Shown: piece after piece, positions 44,926 through 54,577 of the stretch
Numbering within the stretch: position 1 is the stretch's first letter
How the letters are laid out: every line of letters begins with the position of its first letter
Origin: Tellurirhabdus rosea
GTDB lineage: Bacteria; Bacteroidota; Bacteroidia; Cytophagales; Spirosomataceae
Direction of reading: 5' to 3'
Assembly: GCF_026278345.1 (NCBI RefSeq)
Contig: NZ_CP111085.1
Location: forward strand, 4,620,282 to 4,684,281
DNA: 64,000 nt
Notes under the pieces: generated by a model
Told to the model about the DNA's origin: nothing
Database searches by the model: none
What the model saw: the letters and a program-made list of their open reading frames with translations, nothing else
Made by a program: the position numbers and the translations under genes

Positions 44926-47900
44926 ATGAGCCGTTTTTTGTGGTTTCTGGGCGTGGTCGGGGTGCTGCTAGTGTCCGGCAATAGGGCATTGGCGCAGCTG
45001 TCCGACCCCGCATTCGAGCATTACACCACCGAAGACGGCCTGTCGAACGACCAGGTAAAGTGCCTGTTGAAGGACCGCCGGGGCTTTCTCTGGTTCGGGA
45101 CGTTCAACGGACTCAATCGGTTCGACGGGTACGAGTTCAAGGTCTACAAACGAACGGCTACCAACGGGCTGCCCGGTAATTATGTCATCGGCCTGACCGA
45201 AGACCCACAGGGCTACATCTGGGTGGCGACCCACCGGGGCCTCTGCCGCTTCGACCCGGTGCGGGAAACGTTTACCCCGGTCCGCCTCGCCGTTCATGCC
45301 GACCGGCTGGGCGACAATGACCTCGTCTCCGGGCTGGTCATCGACCGGCAGGGGCAGGGCTGGTTTTCTTCCATCGACAGCCTCTACCGCATCGATCTCC
45401 GGACCATGCGGTGCAAAGCCTTTCCCAATGTCGGACATACGCCTTACCTCATGCCCATCGTCCTTTATCCCTTTGCCGACCGGAAGGGACGGTTGTGGCT
45501 GCAGAACGAACAGGCGATTTACCAGTTTCATCCGTCGTCGGGTCGGTACACCTACATCTTCGGCCGAGACACCCGCCATCCGCGGGCCGCGGAGGAGGTC
45601 TGGACGTTCCACGAGGACAGACAGGGACAAATGTGGTTCGCAACCGGAACCAGGGGCCTGATGCGGTACGACGAAAGCCAAAAGCGGGTCGTAAACGAAC
45701 CCGACGGAGAGGTGAGCGTCTACAATGTGGCCGAAGGAATGTCTGTTGGCAAAGGGAGGCGTTTCTTTTGGGTTTATCGCGATGATAAGGGCCTCATGCT
45801 TTACTATCCGGATCGGCGCCGGTACGTTCCGGTCGCCGCCGATCCGCAGGACCCGCTGGCATATCACGGAGGGCCGGTCAACGAAATTCTGAACGATGCG
45901 CAAACGGGCATTGTGTGGCTGGCAACCGATAAGGGAATCGAAAAGGCGGATGCCGCCACGCTGAAATTCGGCCGGAAACGGTTGACGCCGGACCGGCCGT
46001 CTTCCGAAAACCGGAGCATGCGGATCGTGCGGCAGGATCGGTTTCGGCCGGAGCTGTACTGGATGGCCGTGCAGGGAGCCGGACTCGTGCGGTGGAACCG
46101 GCGCTCGGACGAATACACCGTCTTCGACCGAAAGGACGGTCTGCCGGATGAAGACATCCGGGATCTGGTGCAGGATGCCCGCGGACGTCTGTGGCTGGGT
46201 CTGACGGGAGGCATCAGCCGCTGGACGCCGGGAACCCGCGACTGGAAGCACTGGCGGGGCTTTTTCCGCGACCCGTCCCAGACCCACCGCGTCACCCGCC
46301 TCTGGCTCGATTCCACCGGACGCCTCTGGCTGGGCACGGACCTCGAAGGGCTGTACGTGCTGGACGACGAACAGGCTGCGGTCCGGCCGTGGCCGGTGGG
46401 AGAGACGTTTGACCACCTGCGTCCGTTTCGGGTGTATAAAATGCAGGAAGACGGCCAGCATCGCCTGTGGGCGTCTACTTCGCGGGGCCTTTTCCGGATC
46501 GATTACCGTCGGGGCGAAAGCCGGAAAGTGGCGCTGAACCCGCTGAGCGAGCAACTGCTGCCTTCCGACAAGATTCAGACGACCTTTACGATTGACTCCC
46601 GGAATCGGCTGTGGGTCTCCGGCATCGGGTTTCTGGCCCAGGCCGACCTCAACGGGCGCGTGCTCCGGACGTTCACGCTGGAAAACGGGTTGCAGGCCGA
46701 CCATATTTTCGACATTCAGGAAGACCGTTCGGGCCGCCTCTGGATGACGACCGACTATTTTCTGCACCAGCTGGAGCCGCAGACGGGCCGGTTTCGGTAT
46801 TTCAGCAAAGACAACGGGCTGTTTTCCAATTTTATGTCCACTCGCCTGACGGCCGATGCCCGGGGCGAACTGTTTATCGGGCATGGACCGGCGTTCAATC
46901 ACTTCGTTCCCGAAAAGCTGCCCGTCAACCGCTACCCGCCGCCGGTCGTGCTGACGGGTGTGCGGGTGGATACACTGGCGACCTCGGTCATTCCCGGCGA
47001 GCCGGTCACGCTGCGGCCCGACCAGCACACGGTCAGCCTCGAATTTACGGCCCTCTCGTTCAGCCAGCCGGAGAAAAATCGCTATGCCTACCGCCTCGAC
47101 GGCGTTGACCCCGGCTGGATCGAGACCGGCAGCCGCCGCGTCACCTACGCCAATCTCGACCCCGGAACGTATACGTTCCGGGTGAAAGCGGCCAACAACG
47201 ACGGCATCTGGAACGAGCGGGGCGCCACCCTGCAAATCCGGGTGCAGCCCGCCGTTTACCAGACCTGGTGGTTCCGGCTGGGGTGTCTGCTGCTGGTGGC
47301 GGGCCTTTTGTACGCCGTTTACCGCAACCGCCTGCAGCAGCGCCGCCGCCTGGAAGGCATCCGCGACCGCATCGCCACGGACCTGCACGACGACATGGGT
47401 TCCACCCTGAGCAGCATCCGGATTTTCAGCGACGTGGTGCAGCAGCAGATCGCGCCGGTCAGTCCCGAAACGGTGCCCATCCTCCAGCGCATCAGTTCCA
47501 GCGCCACCACGCTTTCGGAATCCATGCAGGACATCATCTGGACCATCCAGACCAAATACGACAGCCTCGACGATGTGGTGACGCGCATGCGGGAGTTTGG
47601 CCTGCGCATGGCCGAGGCCAAAAACATCCGGTTCCGGATGCAGGTGTCGGAGAAGTTCGAAACGCTGCGGCTGGACGTCGAACAGCGCCGGAACCTGTAC
47701 CTGATCTTCAAGGAAAGCATCAACAATGCCGTCAAGTACGCCGACTGCCGGAACATCACCGTGCAGATCGCCCTGCTCAACAAACACCTCTCGCTGACCA
47801 TCGAGGACGATGGCAAAGGCTTCGATCCGGCGACGGTCCGCCCGGGCAACGGCCTGCCGAATCTGCAGAAGCGGGCCCGGGAAATCAACGGGCAGCTGAC

Positions 47901-47955
47901 CGTCCATTCGGCACCCGGCGAGGGGACCCGGGTGGTGTTGCTGGTGCGGGTGTAA
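44926..47955 (+). CDS. sensor histidine kinase: periplasmic two-component-regulator propeller + Y_Y_Y domain, TM helix, HisKA_3 + HATPase_c
   Basis: Signal peptide. Propeller repeats (GLWFGT, NRFDG, GLCRFD). TM helix WWFRLGCLLLVAGLLYAVY. H-box IATDLHDDMGSTLSSI (NarX/DesK type). ATPase G-boxes. Confidence 0.85.
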   Translation: MSRFLWFLGVVGVLLVSGNRALAQLSDPAFEHYTTEDGLSNDQVKCLLKDRRGFLWFGTFNGLNRFDGYEFKVYKRTATNGLPGNYVIGLTEDPQGYIWVATHRGLCRFDPVRETFTPVRLAVHADRLGDNDLVSGLVIDRQGQGWFSSIDSLYRIDLRTMRCKAFPNVGHTPYLMPIVLYPFADRKGRLWLQNEQAIYQFHPSSGRYTYIFGRDTRHPRAAEEVWTFHEDRQGQMWFATGTRGLMRYDESQKRVVNEPDGEVSVYNVAEGMSVGKGRRFFWVYRDDKGLMLYYPDRRRYVPVAADPQDPLAYHGGPVNEILNDAQTGIVWLATDKGIEKADAATLKFGRKRLTPDRPSSENRSMRIVRQDRFRPELYWMAVQGAGLVRWNRRSDEYTVFDRKDGLPDEDIRDLVQDARGRLWLGLTGGISRWTPGTRDWKHWRGFFRDPSQTHRVTRLWLDSTGRLWLGTDLEGLYVLDDEQAAVRPWPVGETFDHLRPFRVYKMQEDGQHRLWASTSRGLFRIDYRRGESRKVALNPLSEQLLPSDKIQTTFTIDSRNRLWVSGIGFLAQADLNGRVLRTFTLENGLQADHIFDIQEDRSGRLWMTTDYFLHQLEPQTGRFRYFSKDNGLFSNFMSTRLTADARGELFIGHGPAFNHFVPEKLPVNRYPPPVVLTGVRVDTLATSVIPGEPVTLRPDQHTVSLEFTALSFSQPEKNRYAYRLDGVDPGWIETGSRRVTYANLDPGTYTFRVKAANNDGIWNERGATLQIRVQPAVYQTWWFRLGCLLLVAGLLYAVYRNRLQQRRRLEGIRDRIATDLHDDMGSTLSSIRIFSDVVQQQIAPVSPETVPILQRISSSATTLSESMQDIIWTIQTKYDSLDDVVTRMREFGLRMAEAKNIRFRMQVSEKFETLRLDVEQRRNLYLIFKESINNAVKYADCRNITVQIALLNKHLSLTIEDDGKGFDPATVRPGNGLPNLQKRAREINGQLTVHSAPGEGTRVVLLVRV

Positions 47956-48028
47956 CTATTTGGATGACAGGATGATTTACGTTCGTTCGTTGCTTATCTT
48001 GGGGCGTTTAACATCTCTATCCCAAGCC

Positions 48029-49165
48029 ATGAAATCACATCCTGCCTTTGCTTCTGCTACCGCTCCCTACCTGCTGGCGGGTCTGTTCGTTTGGTTCAGC
48101 CTTTTACCGGCCTCAGGCTTTGCTCAGGCCGCTCCGGGCGGCCCCTTTTCTCTCGTGGGAACGCTGCCCCAGGCCATGAAAGGCAAAGTATATCTTATCG
48201 ACCAGCAGGACAAGGTCTTTGTTTCTGCGCCGATTAGCGGAAATACATTTTTGCTTAAAGGAAATCTGCGCGAGCCCGGATTGTATAAAATCAGGCTCAA
48301 TGCGGAACCTAACATGTATTTTATCTTTGTTTCGCCTGCCGTTACCAAAGTGAAAATTAATCAGGATAAGACTTTGCAGGTGGAAGGTCCGGCACTCCAT
48401 CGCCAATGGGCGGCATACAACAGTGGAATTGAGAAGTTCAAAGATACCCTGATCGATTTATCTATGAAACGACGGGTTGCTCTGCAACAAGGCGACTCCC
48501 TGCGATTCAGGGAATTGATGCGGCGGAACGATTCGGTCAGCGTTGCTGTCTACAGGTTCATCGAAGGGTCGATGGTCAGGAAGCCCTACACCTTTCTGAA
48601 TCTGTTCCTGCTGGAACAGGGCCGGTCTGATGAGTTTATCGCTGGAATGCTTGATGAATTGAGGCCGCAGTTTTCTGCCTACCCGACGTTTCAGCAGCTG
48701 GATTCCAGCTTAAAAGAGAAGGCGGCGCGGCTCGAAAGGTTTGGTGTAGGCAAGGAGGCGTACAATTTTACACTCCACGACAGTGCCAGTGCGGTTTACA
48801 GTCTGGAGTCGATCCGAAAAAGCAAAAAGCTGGTGCTACTTGATTTCTGGGCCAGTTGGTGCGGCCCATGCATCAGCGAAATACCCGCTTTGCAAAAGCT
48901 CCAGGCGCAGTACGCCGACCGGGGGCTACAGATTGTCGGTATCTCGACCGACGTCAATCCCCGGCTGTGGAAAACCGCTTTAAATCGACACAAGCCTGCG
49001 GGAATGCAGCTGATTGTTGATCGTGACAATCCGGCGGTCATAAAAAATTATGCGATTTACAGCATTCCGCAGACCTTCCTGATTGGACCGGACGGAAAAA
49101 TTCTGGCGCTGGACCTGCGGGGAGAAGCCCTGGCAAAAAAAGTGGCGGAACTGCTGGAGCATTGA
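48029..49165 (+). CDS. TlpA-like periplasmic thiol-disulfide oxidoreductase (thioredoxin fold) with an N-terminal DUF4369-like domain
   Basis: WASWCGPC active site. Signal peptide after MKSHPAF. AT-richer than the flanks. Confidence 0.8.
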   Translation: MKSHPAFASATAPYLLAGLFVWFSLLPASGFAQAAPGGPFSLVGTLPQAMKGKVYLIDQQDKVFVSAPISGNTFLLKGNLREPGLYKIRLNAEPNMYFIFVSPAVTKVKINQDKTLQVEGPALHRQWAAYNSGIEKFKDTLIDLSMKRRVALQQGDSLRFRELMRRNDSVSVAVYRFIEGSMVRKPYTFLNLFLLEQGRSDEFIAGMLDELRPQFSAYPTFQQLDSSLKEKAARLERFGVGKEAYNFTLHDSASAVYSLESIRKSKKLVLLDFWASWCGPCISEIPALQKLQAQYADRGLQIVGISTDVNPRLWKTALNRHKPAGMQLIVDRDNPAVIKNYAIYSIPQTFLIGPDGKILALDLRGEALAKKVAELLEH

Positions 49166-49196
49166 CCGATTCTCCAGCCACGAACGCTTGAAATAG

Positions 49197-49550
49197 ATGA
49201 ACAGCACAGTTTCAGTTCAGGTGGCGGGCCTGTTGGGTCCGGTCCTGATGGCCGTTGTGGCCTCGGAGTACCTTAATTTTGGCATCTGGGAAAAAGTAGA
49301 ACCCTCTTTGGTGTATCTGAATGGGCTGTTCCTGTTTGTCGGCGGCCTTGCCGTGGTTCGCTACCACAACTTCTGGACGGAGCAATGGCCGCTGACCATC
49401 ACCGTGACCGGCTGGCTGATTCTGCTGGCGGGCCTCTACCGAATGTTCTTCCCTTCCGGCCGACAGGCTCCCCGGAGTGGCGGAACCAACGTCCTGCTGT
49501 TCGTCCTTTTCCTGACGGGCTGTTTTCTGACGTTTAAAGGTTACTTTTAA
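49197..49550 (+). CDS. small integral membrane protein (3–4 TM helices), unknown function
   Basis: 117-aa hydrophobic ORF sitting between the TlpA-like gene and the response regulator on the same strand. Confidence 0.45.
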   Translation: MNSTVSVQVAGLLGPVLMAVVASEYLNFGIWEKVEPSLVYLNGLFLFVGGLAVVRYHNFWTEQWPLTITVTGWLILLAGLYRMFFPSGRQAPRSGGTNVLLFVLFLTGCFLTFKGYF

Positions 49551-49645
49551 ACCCGGCTGGCGGCAGAACCGGCAATTCTCCGAACCTGCACGGACGGGAC
49601 CGGTGCCCGACCATTCCGGAAAGCCCTGAGCGAGCCTCTGAATTC

Positions 49646-50287
49646 ATGGAAAAAACGATTAACATTCTTCATTACGAAGACAACCGCAACCTCCGCGAAG
49701 GCATGGCGTTTCTGCTGTCGGCCACGGCCGGACTGGACCTTCTCGGCTCGTTTGCCGACTGCAGCAACCTGCGCGACGAAGTCCGCACGCTGGCCCCGGA
49801 CGTGGTCCTGATGGACATCGACCTGCCCGGCCTGAGCGGCATCGATGCCGTCCCGATCGTCAAGGCCGTGTCGCCCGGGACGCAGGTGCTGATGCTGACG
49901 GTTTTCGACGATGAAGACAAAATTTTCCGGGCCATCCGCAACGGCGCCAGCGGCTACCTGCTGAAACATACGCCCCCCTCCGAAATCGTGGCGGCCCTCT
50001 TCGACATTCACCGGGGCGGTTCCCCCATGACGGCCAACATTGCCCGCAAGGTCCTCCAGCACTTTCAGCAGCGCCCGGTTTCCCGCTCCGACGACTACAA
50101 CCTCTCGCCCCGCGAACTGGATATTCTGAAAGGACTGGTGTCGGGCTACAGCTACAAACTCATCGCCGACGACCTGAACATCAGCATCGACACCGTCCGG
50201 ACGCACATCCGGCACATCTACGACAAGCTGTCGGTCAACTCCAAGACCGAAGCGATTCTGAAAGCGATGAAAGAAGGATTGGTGTAA
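49646..50287 (+). CDS. NarL/FixJ-family response regulator (REC + LuxR-type HTH)
   Basis: Receiver domain (ILHYEDN…VLMDIDLPG). C-terminal LSPRELDILKGLVSGYSYKLIADDLNISIDTVRTHIRHIYDKL. Confidence 0.85.
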   Translation: MEKTINILHYEDNRNLREGMAFLLSATAGLDLLGSFADCSNLRDEVRTLAPDVVLMDIDLPGLSGIDAVPIVKAVSPGTQVLMLTVFDDEDKIFRAIRNGASGYLLKHTPPSEIVAALFDIHRGGSPMTANIARKVLQHFQQRPVSRSDDYNLSPRELDILKGLVSGYSYKLIADDLNISIDTVRTHIRHIYDKLSVNSKTEAILKAMKEGLV

Positions 50288-50585
50288 GGCGCCTGCCTGG
50301 TAATTTTTTTCTGCCGGAACGACGCCGGGCAAGTCCTGCTTTGCGGCAGAGCGTCAGCTCTTTAAGGAGAAATACCTACTCGTACGCAATTTGTATCATA
50401 CTTTGGTATGATAAATGCTGGATTTTTTAGGTAATTTTAAGGTCATCGAGCCGCTTTTACTCTGTTCCCAATGTAATGTGGATTAATTTATACCGATTTG
50501 TTGCTGCTATAGGCGGTAGACCAGTCTTTCTAACTGTTGCTTTACCAAGCAATTGTAACTGATTATCCACTCCTTACCAGTTCAC

Positions 50586-51035
50586 ATGGAAAAACTTCTA
50601 CTGCTTCACTCCCTGCGAGAAGTAAGACAATTGCTTCCTTCGTACTTTAATTTATATCAGGCTATTCTTCATCGCATCCGGCACCAGAACTTCGGGGTTG
50701 TCGAACTGGCCGAGGGCGGCGACCTGAGCCGCTGTGTCGTTCGTCTCCGCCAGCGCAAACCGGAACTCTGGACCGTTGGCGAAATCCGCCAGATTGCCGA
50801 GGCCCTGAACCTGCCGGTGGCCGTCTGTATCAAACTGGAGGCCGAACTGAACCGGATGGGGGAGGCCCTGCTTGTCCAGCCGTCGCGCATGTATGTAAGC
50901 CTGCTGAGAGTCTGCGGCCTGCACCGGCTGCGGTCCCGCGTCCGCCTCGGCGACCGCTGGAGCTACACGGACCTGTACCGCCTCTACCAGGGCACGGCCG
51001 ACGAACGGCTGCTGCGCCAGCCCCCGGAAAACTGA
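50586..51035 (+). CDS. hypothetical protein (possible HTH-like N-terminal region)
   Basis: 149-aa ORF preceded by an ~300-bp AT-rich region. Weak HTH-like pattern (ELAEGGDLSR…EIRQIAEALNL). No firm assignment. Confidence 0.35.
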   Translation: MEKLLLLHSLREVRQLLPSYFNLYQAILHRIRHQNFGVVELAEGGDLSRCVVRLRQRKPELWTVGEIRQIAEALNLPVAVCIKLEAELNRMGEALLVQPSRMYVSLLRVCGLHRLRSRVRLGDRWSYTDLYRLYQGTADERLLRQPPEN

Positions 51036-51067
51036 TTACGGCCAGCCTAATGCCGCGCAAAAAGAAA

Positions 51068-51106
51068 GCGGGAACCCCGGTCATCGGGGTTCCCGCTTCT
51101 GGTTTT
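51068..51106. terminator. bidirectional Rho-independent terminator
   Basis: 12-bp stem gcgggaaccccg / cggggttcccgc. Loop gtcat. Followed by ttctggtttt and preceded by caaaaagaaa. It lies between convergent genes. Confidence 0.75.
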
Positions 51107-51119
51107 GGGACGGCGGCGC

Positions 51120-52910
51120 TCAGGCGGCGACGTAGTCCTTGGTGGTTTCCTGCTGGTGGCTCCACATTTCCTGGAAAATAAGGCTGCGGCTACGCAGTTC
51201 GATAAAGCTGCCTTCGTCGACCACCCGGCCATTGCGCAGGATGTAGATGTAATCGAACATCGGCAGCAGGTGCAGGCGGTGCAGGGTCGAGATGACGGCC
51301 TTGTCCGAGAATTCGCTGAGCATTTTGTGGTAAATCTCAAATTCCGTTTTCGGGTCCACGCTGGAGGTCGGCTCGTCGAGCAGCACGATGTTGCTGTCGC
51401 GGGCGGCCAGCACGCCCCGGGCTAGGGCCAGCCGCTGCTTTTGTCCGCCCGACAGGTTGACGCCTTTCTCCTGAATCGCCGTATCGAGTCCTTCCGGCAG
51501 GAATTTCACGATGTCGGCAAACCGCGAGGTATCGCAGGCCCGCAGCACCTCTTCGTCGCCGAACGGCAGGCCGAGGGTGATGTTGTACTCTACCGTGTTT
51601 TCAAAAATCTCCGGCTCCTGCGGAAACAGCGTCACCGTGTTGGAAAGCAGTCCCAGGTTGCCCAGATGCTGCCCGTCCACCTTCAGGGAATTGACGGACT
51701 CGGGGTTGTAGAGGCCGCGCAGGAGGGTCAGCAGGGTGCTTTTTCCGCTGCCGCTTTCGCCGATGAGGGCAATGCGTTTGCCGCGCTCGATGCGGACGCT
51801 GAGGTCGGTCAGGCTCGGCGCTTTTTTGTTTTCTCCGAAGCCGAACGTGCGGCTGTGGGCAAAGTTCAGTCCTTCAATTTCGATGGATTTCCAGTCGGCG
51901 GGCAGTTCCAGCGTGCCTTCCGGACGGTGGTAGTCGGCGTAGGCTTTTCCGATGCCGCGGGCCGTCTGCACGTCAGTATTGTACTGCACGATCTGCGTGT
52001 ACTGAAACGCTACGTCCGAGAAAACGCTCGTAAACTGGTTGACATAGCCCAGCAGCGTCACCAGGCCGCCCACGGCAAATGCCTGACCCGGCGTGTAATG
52101 CTGGGAAACGTACCCCAGCGTAACGGTCACATAGACCAGGGCGATGAGCATCGAGGCCACGAACCATTTCCACTCGTTGATACGGATGTTGCGCTGGAAC
52201 GGCGGAAACACGTTCATGATCTTGCCCAGCATCCCGACTTCCATCTGCTTTTCGAGGCGCAGCGTGATAACCGTGATGATGTTGGACAGGCTGTCGAAGA
52301 GCATCGACGACGACTCATGTTCGCGTTCGTTGGTTTCGTCAACGGCTTTGATAAAAGGCTTGTCGAATTTCAGAATGACCCAGACCGTGAAGGCTCCGAG
52401 CAAGACGCCCACCGTACCGAAGAGGGGCGAGAAATACAGCATGGCTCCGAACGAAAACACGCATTTGAAAATCGTGTGCATGTAGGCAAAACCCGTCTGG
52501 AAAAAAGCCTTCAGCGCTTCGTACGCCTTGCGAATCCGGTTGATAGTCGCGCCGCTATGATGTTCTTTATGCCATTTGACCGGCAGGTGGAGCGTCTGGT
52601 GGTAAAGTTCCTGGAGGAAGTTGCGGCTTACGGTAAAGGCCAGTTCCCGTTCCATCACCCGCGACGGACCGTGCAGGCACCATTCGGCCAGCTTCAGGCC
52701 CATGAAACCGCCGCCGTACTTCAGGGCGATCATCGGAATATCCGCGCCTTTCTGGGAAATCTGATTCACAAACCAGCCAAACAGCAGCGGGTGCATGGCC
52801 CCGATCACGTTGGCGAGAATAAAGAGGGAGTAGACAAATACATAGCGCCCTTTCTGTTCGCGGGCGTATTTCCAGGCCGTGATGAGCAGGGCCACATAAG
52901 GATTTTGCAT
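51120..52910 (-). CDS. ABC transporter, fused permease/ATPase (exporter-type, MsbA/multidrug-like)
   Basis: Six-TM N-terminal domain. Walker A GESGSGKST. Signature LSGGQKQRLALAR. Walker B IVLLDEPTSSVD. The start is moved to MQNPY. The longer ORF up to 53102 is probably a read-through. Confidence 0.8.
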   Translation of the reverse strand: MQNPYVALLITAWKYAREQKGRYVFVYSLFILANVIGAMHPLLFGWFVNQISQKGADIPMIALKYGGGFMGLKLAEWCLHGPSRVMERELAFTVSRNFLQELYHQTLHLPVKWHKEHHSGATINRIRKAYEALKAFFQTGFAYMHTIFKCVFSFGAMLYFSPLFGTVGVLLGAFTVWVILKFDKPFIKAVDETNEREHESSSMLFDSLSNIITVITLRLEKQMEVGMLGKIMNVFPPFQRNIRINEWKWFVASMLIALVYVTVTLGYVSQHYTPGQAFAVGGLVTLLGYVNQFTSVFSDVAFQYTQIVQYNTDVQTARGIGKAYADYHRPEGTLELPADWKSIEIEGLNFAHSRTFGFGENKKAPSLTDLSVRIERGKRIALIGESGSGKSTLLTLLRGLYNPESVNSLKVDGQHLGNLGLLSNTVTLFPQEPEIFENTVEYNITLGLPFGDEEVLRACDTSRFADIVKFLPEGLDTAIQEKGVNLSGGQKQRLALARGVLAARDSNIVLLDEPTSSVDPKTEFEIYHKMLSEFSDKAVISTLHRLHLLPMFDYIYILRNGRVVDEGSFIELRSRSLIFQEMWSHQQETTKDYVAA

Positions 52911-53240
52911 TTGAGTTACGGTATGGTTATAGTGCAAAAGCGATTCGATAATGCAAAGTGACGAATTATCTGGAGACGAAACCATAAAACGGTGTTCATA
53001 TACTTCCAGATCCGGCATATTTAATTGCATTATAATTCGCTTCTCCGGGCGCTTTTTGGGTAGGTGTTGGATAATTAAAAAGAGCATCCCAAAATAATTC
53101 AAAAACGCTTGAAGTCGGCGGACGGGGCCTGACCGCGCAGCCGGGGAAACGCTCGGGTCCGTTTGCTCTGTTTTTAGGGGCCGGCAAAGACGGAAAATCC
53201 GGTTTGGCTACCTTTAAGCCCTGGTACAACCTGAAACTGA

Positions 53241-54446
53241 ATGTCTTTAGAACATCCAACCGCTTCTCCGTTTCACTCCTTCTGGATGGGAGGGTATGAG
53301 TGCGCCGATCATCAGAACTGCTTCGGACTTCGCGTCGATCTGGCTACGGATTCGGGCCATCTGGACCTGCTCGACGAAGATTACGAGCGTTTGCATGCCT
53401 TCCACATCCGGACCGTCCGCGAAGGAATCCGCTGGAGCTTCGTGGAAAAACGTCCCTACGAGTACGACTGGTCTATGGTGCGGACGATGATCGAGAGCGG
53501 CCGCCGTCAGGGCATTCAGCAAATCTGGGATTTGTGCCATTTTGGCTATCCCGACGATCTGAGTCCGCTGCACCCGATGTTTGCCCGGCGGCTGGCGGCC
53601 CTGTCGCGGGCCTTTGTCCATTTTTACCGCTCACTGGTGCCGGACGGGCCGCTCATCATTACGCCCGTCAACGAAGTGAGCTTTATCTCCTGGCTCGGCG
53701 GCGAGGCCCGCGGAACGGTGCCCTACTGCGTCAACCAGGGCTGGGAAGTGAAGTACCACCTCATGCGGGCCTACATCGAAAGCGTGGCGGCCATGCGGGA
53801 GATCGACCCCACAGTCCTCATCCTCAGCACCGAACCGCTGGTCAACATGGTGCCGACGCTGGACGCCGACGAGGAAGAACAGGAGGCGGCCCGGGCGGCG
53901 CACGAAGACCAGTACCAGGCGATGGACATCCTCACGGGCCGGATGTGTCCCGAACTCGGCGGGCGGCCGGAATACCTGAACATTCTCGGACTCAATTATT
54001 ACTACAACAACCAGTGGGTCGTCGGAAAAGGCACTTTTCTGCCCTGGGTCAATGAGCCGTTCGATCCGCGCTGGCGGCCGCTGCGCTCCCTGCTCAAAGA
54101 AGCCCACAGTCGCTACGGCTGTCCGTTTATTCTCTCCGAAACCAGCCACCCCGGCGAACACCGGCCCAACTGGACGGAACTGCTGGCGAAAGAATGTGCG
54201 GCGGTGCTGCTGGCGGGTTATCCGCTCTGGGGCGTTTGCCTGTACCCGATCATCGACCGCCCGGACTGGGACTTTCCCGACAACTGGCACCGGGCGGGCC
54301 TCTGGGACGCCGAACATGCCGAAGGTCAACTACCCCGGCGGGTGCTCTTCGAGCCTTATGCGCAGGCGCTGCGCGAAGCCCAGGCACTGGTATTGGCGGT
54401 TAGCGGCCAGCCCGTCGCCCTCGGAACGGCCGTTACCAGACGCTGA
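53241..54446 (+). CDS. clan GH-A (GH1-like) glycoside hydrolase-like TIM-barrel protein
   Basis: Candidate acid/base motif ITPVNEVSF (NE). Candidate nucleophile motif FILSETS. 401 aa with no signal peptide. The assignment is tentative. Confidence 0.45.
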   Translation: MSLEHPTASPFHSFWMGGYECADHQNCFGLRVDLATDSGHLDLLDEDYERLHAFHIRTVREGIRWSFVEKRPYEYDWSMVRTMIESGRRQGIQQIWDLCHFGYPDDLSPLHPMFARRLAALSRAFVHFYRSLVPDGPLIITPVNEVSFISWLGGEARGTVPYCVNQGWEVKYHLMRAYIESVAAMREIDPTVLILSTEPLVNMVPTLDADEEEQEAARAAHEDQYQAMDILTGRMCPELGGRPEYLNILGLNYYYNNQWVVGKGTFLPWVNEPFDPRWRPLRSLLKEAHSRYGCPFILSETSHPGEHRPNWTELLAKECAAVLLAGYPLWGVCLYPIIDRPDWDFPDNWHRAGLWDAEHAEGQLPRRVLFEPYAQALREAQALVLAVSGQPVALGTAVTRR

Positions 54447-54577
54447 GCAAAGCGGAAAGACGCCGGATGGAGGCGGGCAGTTTAATAAAATTAAGGCAAA
54501 AGGCGGGACTGGCGACCTGTAAAGTAAGTGAAAGTACTTATTTTGGAAACTGGTAACGTGATTGCCGACGCCCAGCC

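Noticed and set aside
44968-47907. 979-aa ORF on the minus strand, antisense to the propeller/HisKA_3 histidine kinase.
   Set aside because: Same reasoning as above. The sense strand has the H-box and ATPase motifs. The antisense frame is motif-free and low-complexity.
52911-53102. N-terminal 64-codon extension of the ABC transporter ORF.
   Set aside because: The extension lies in the AT-rich divergent promoter region. The typical exporter TMD starts at MQNPYVALLITAWKY.
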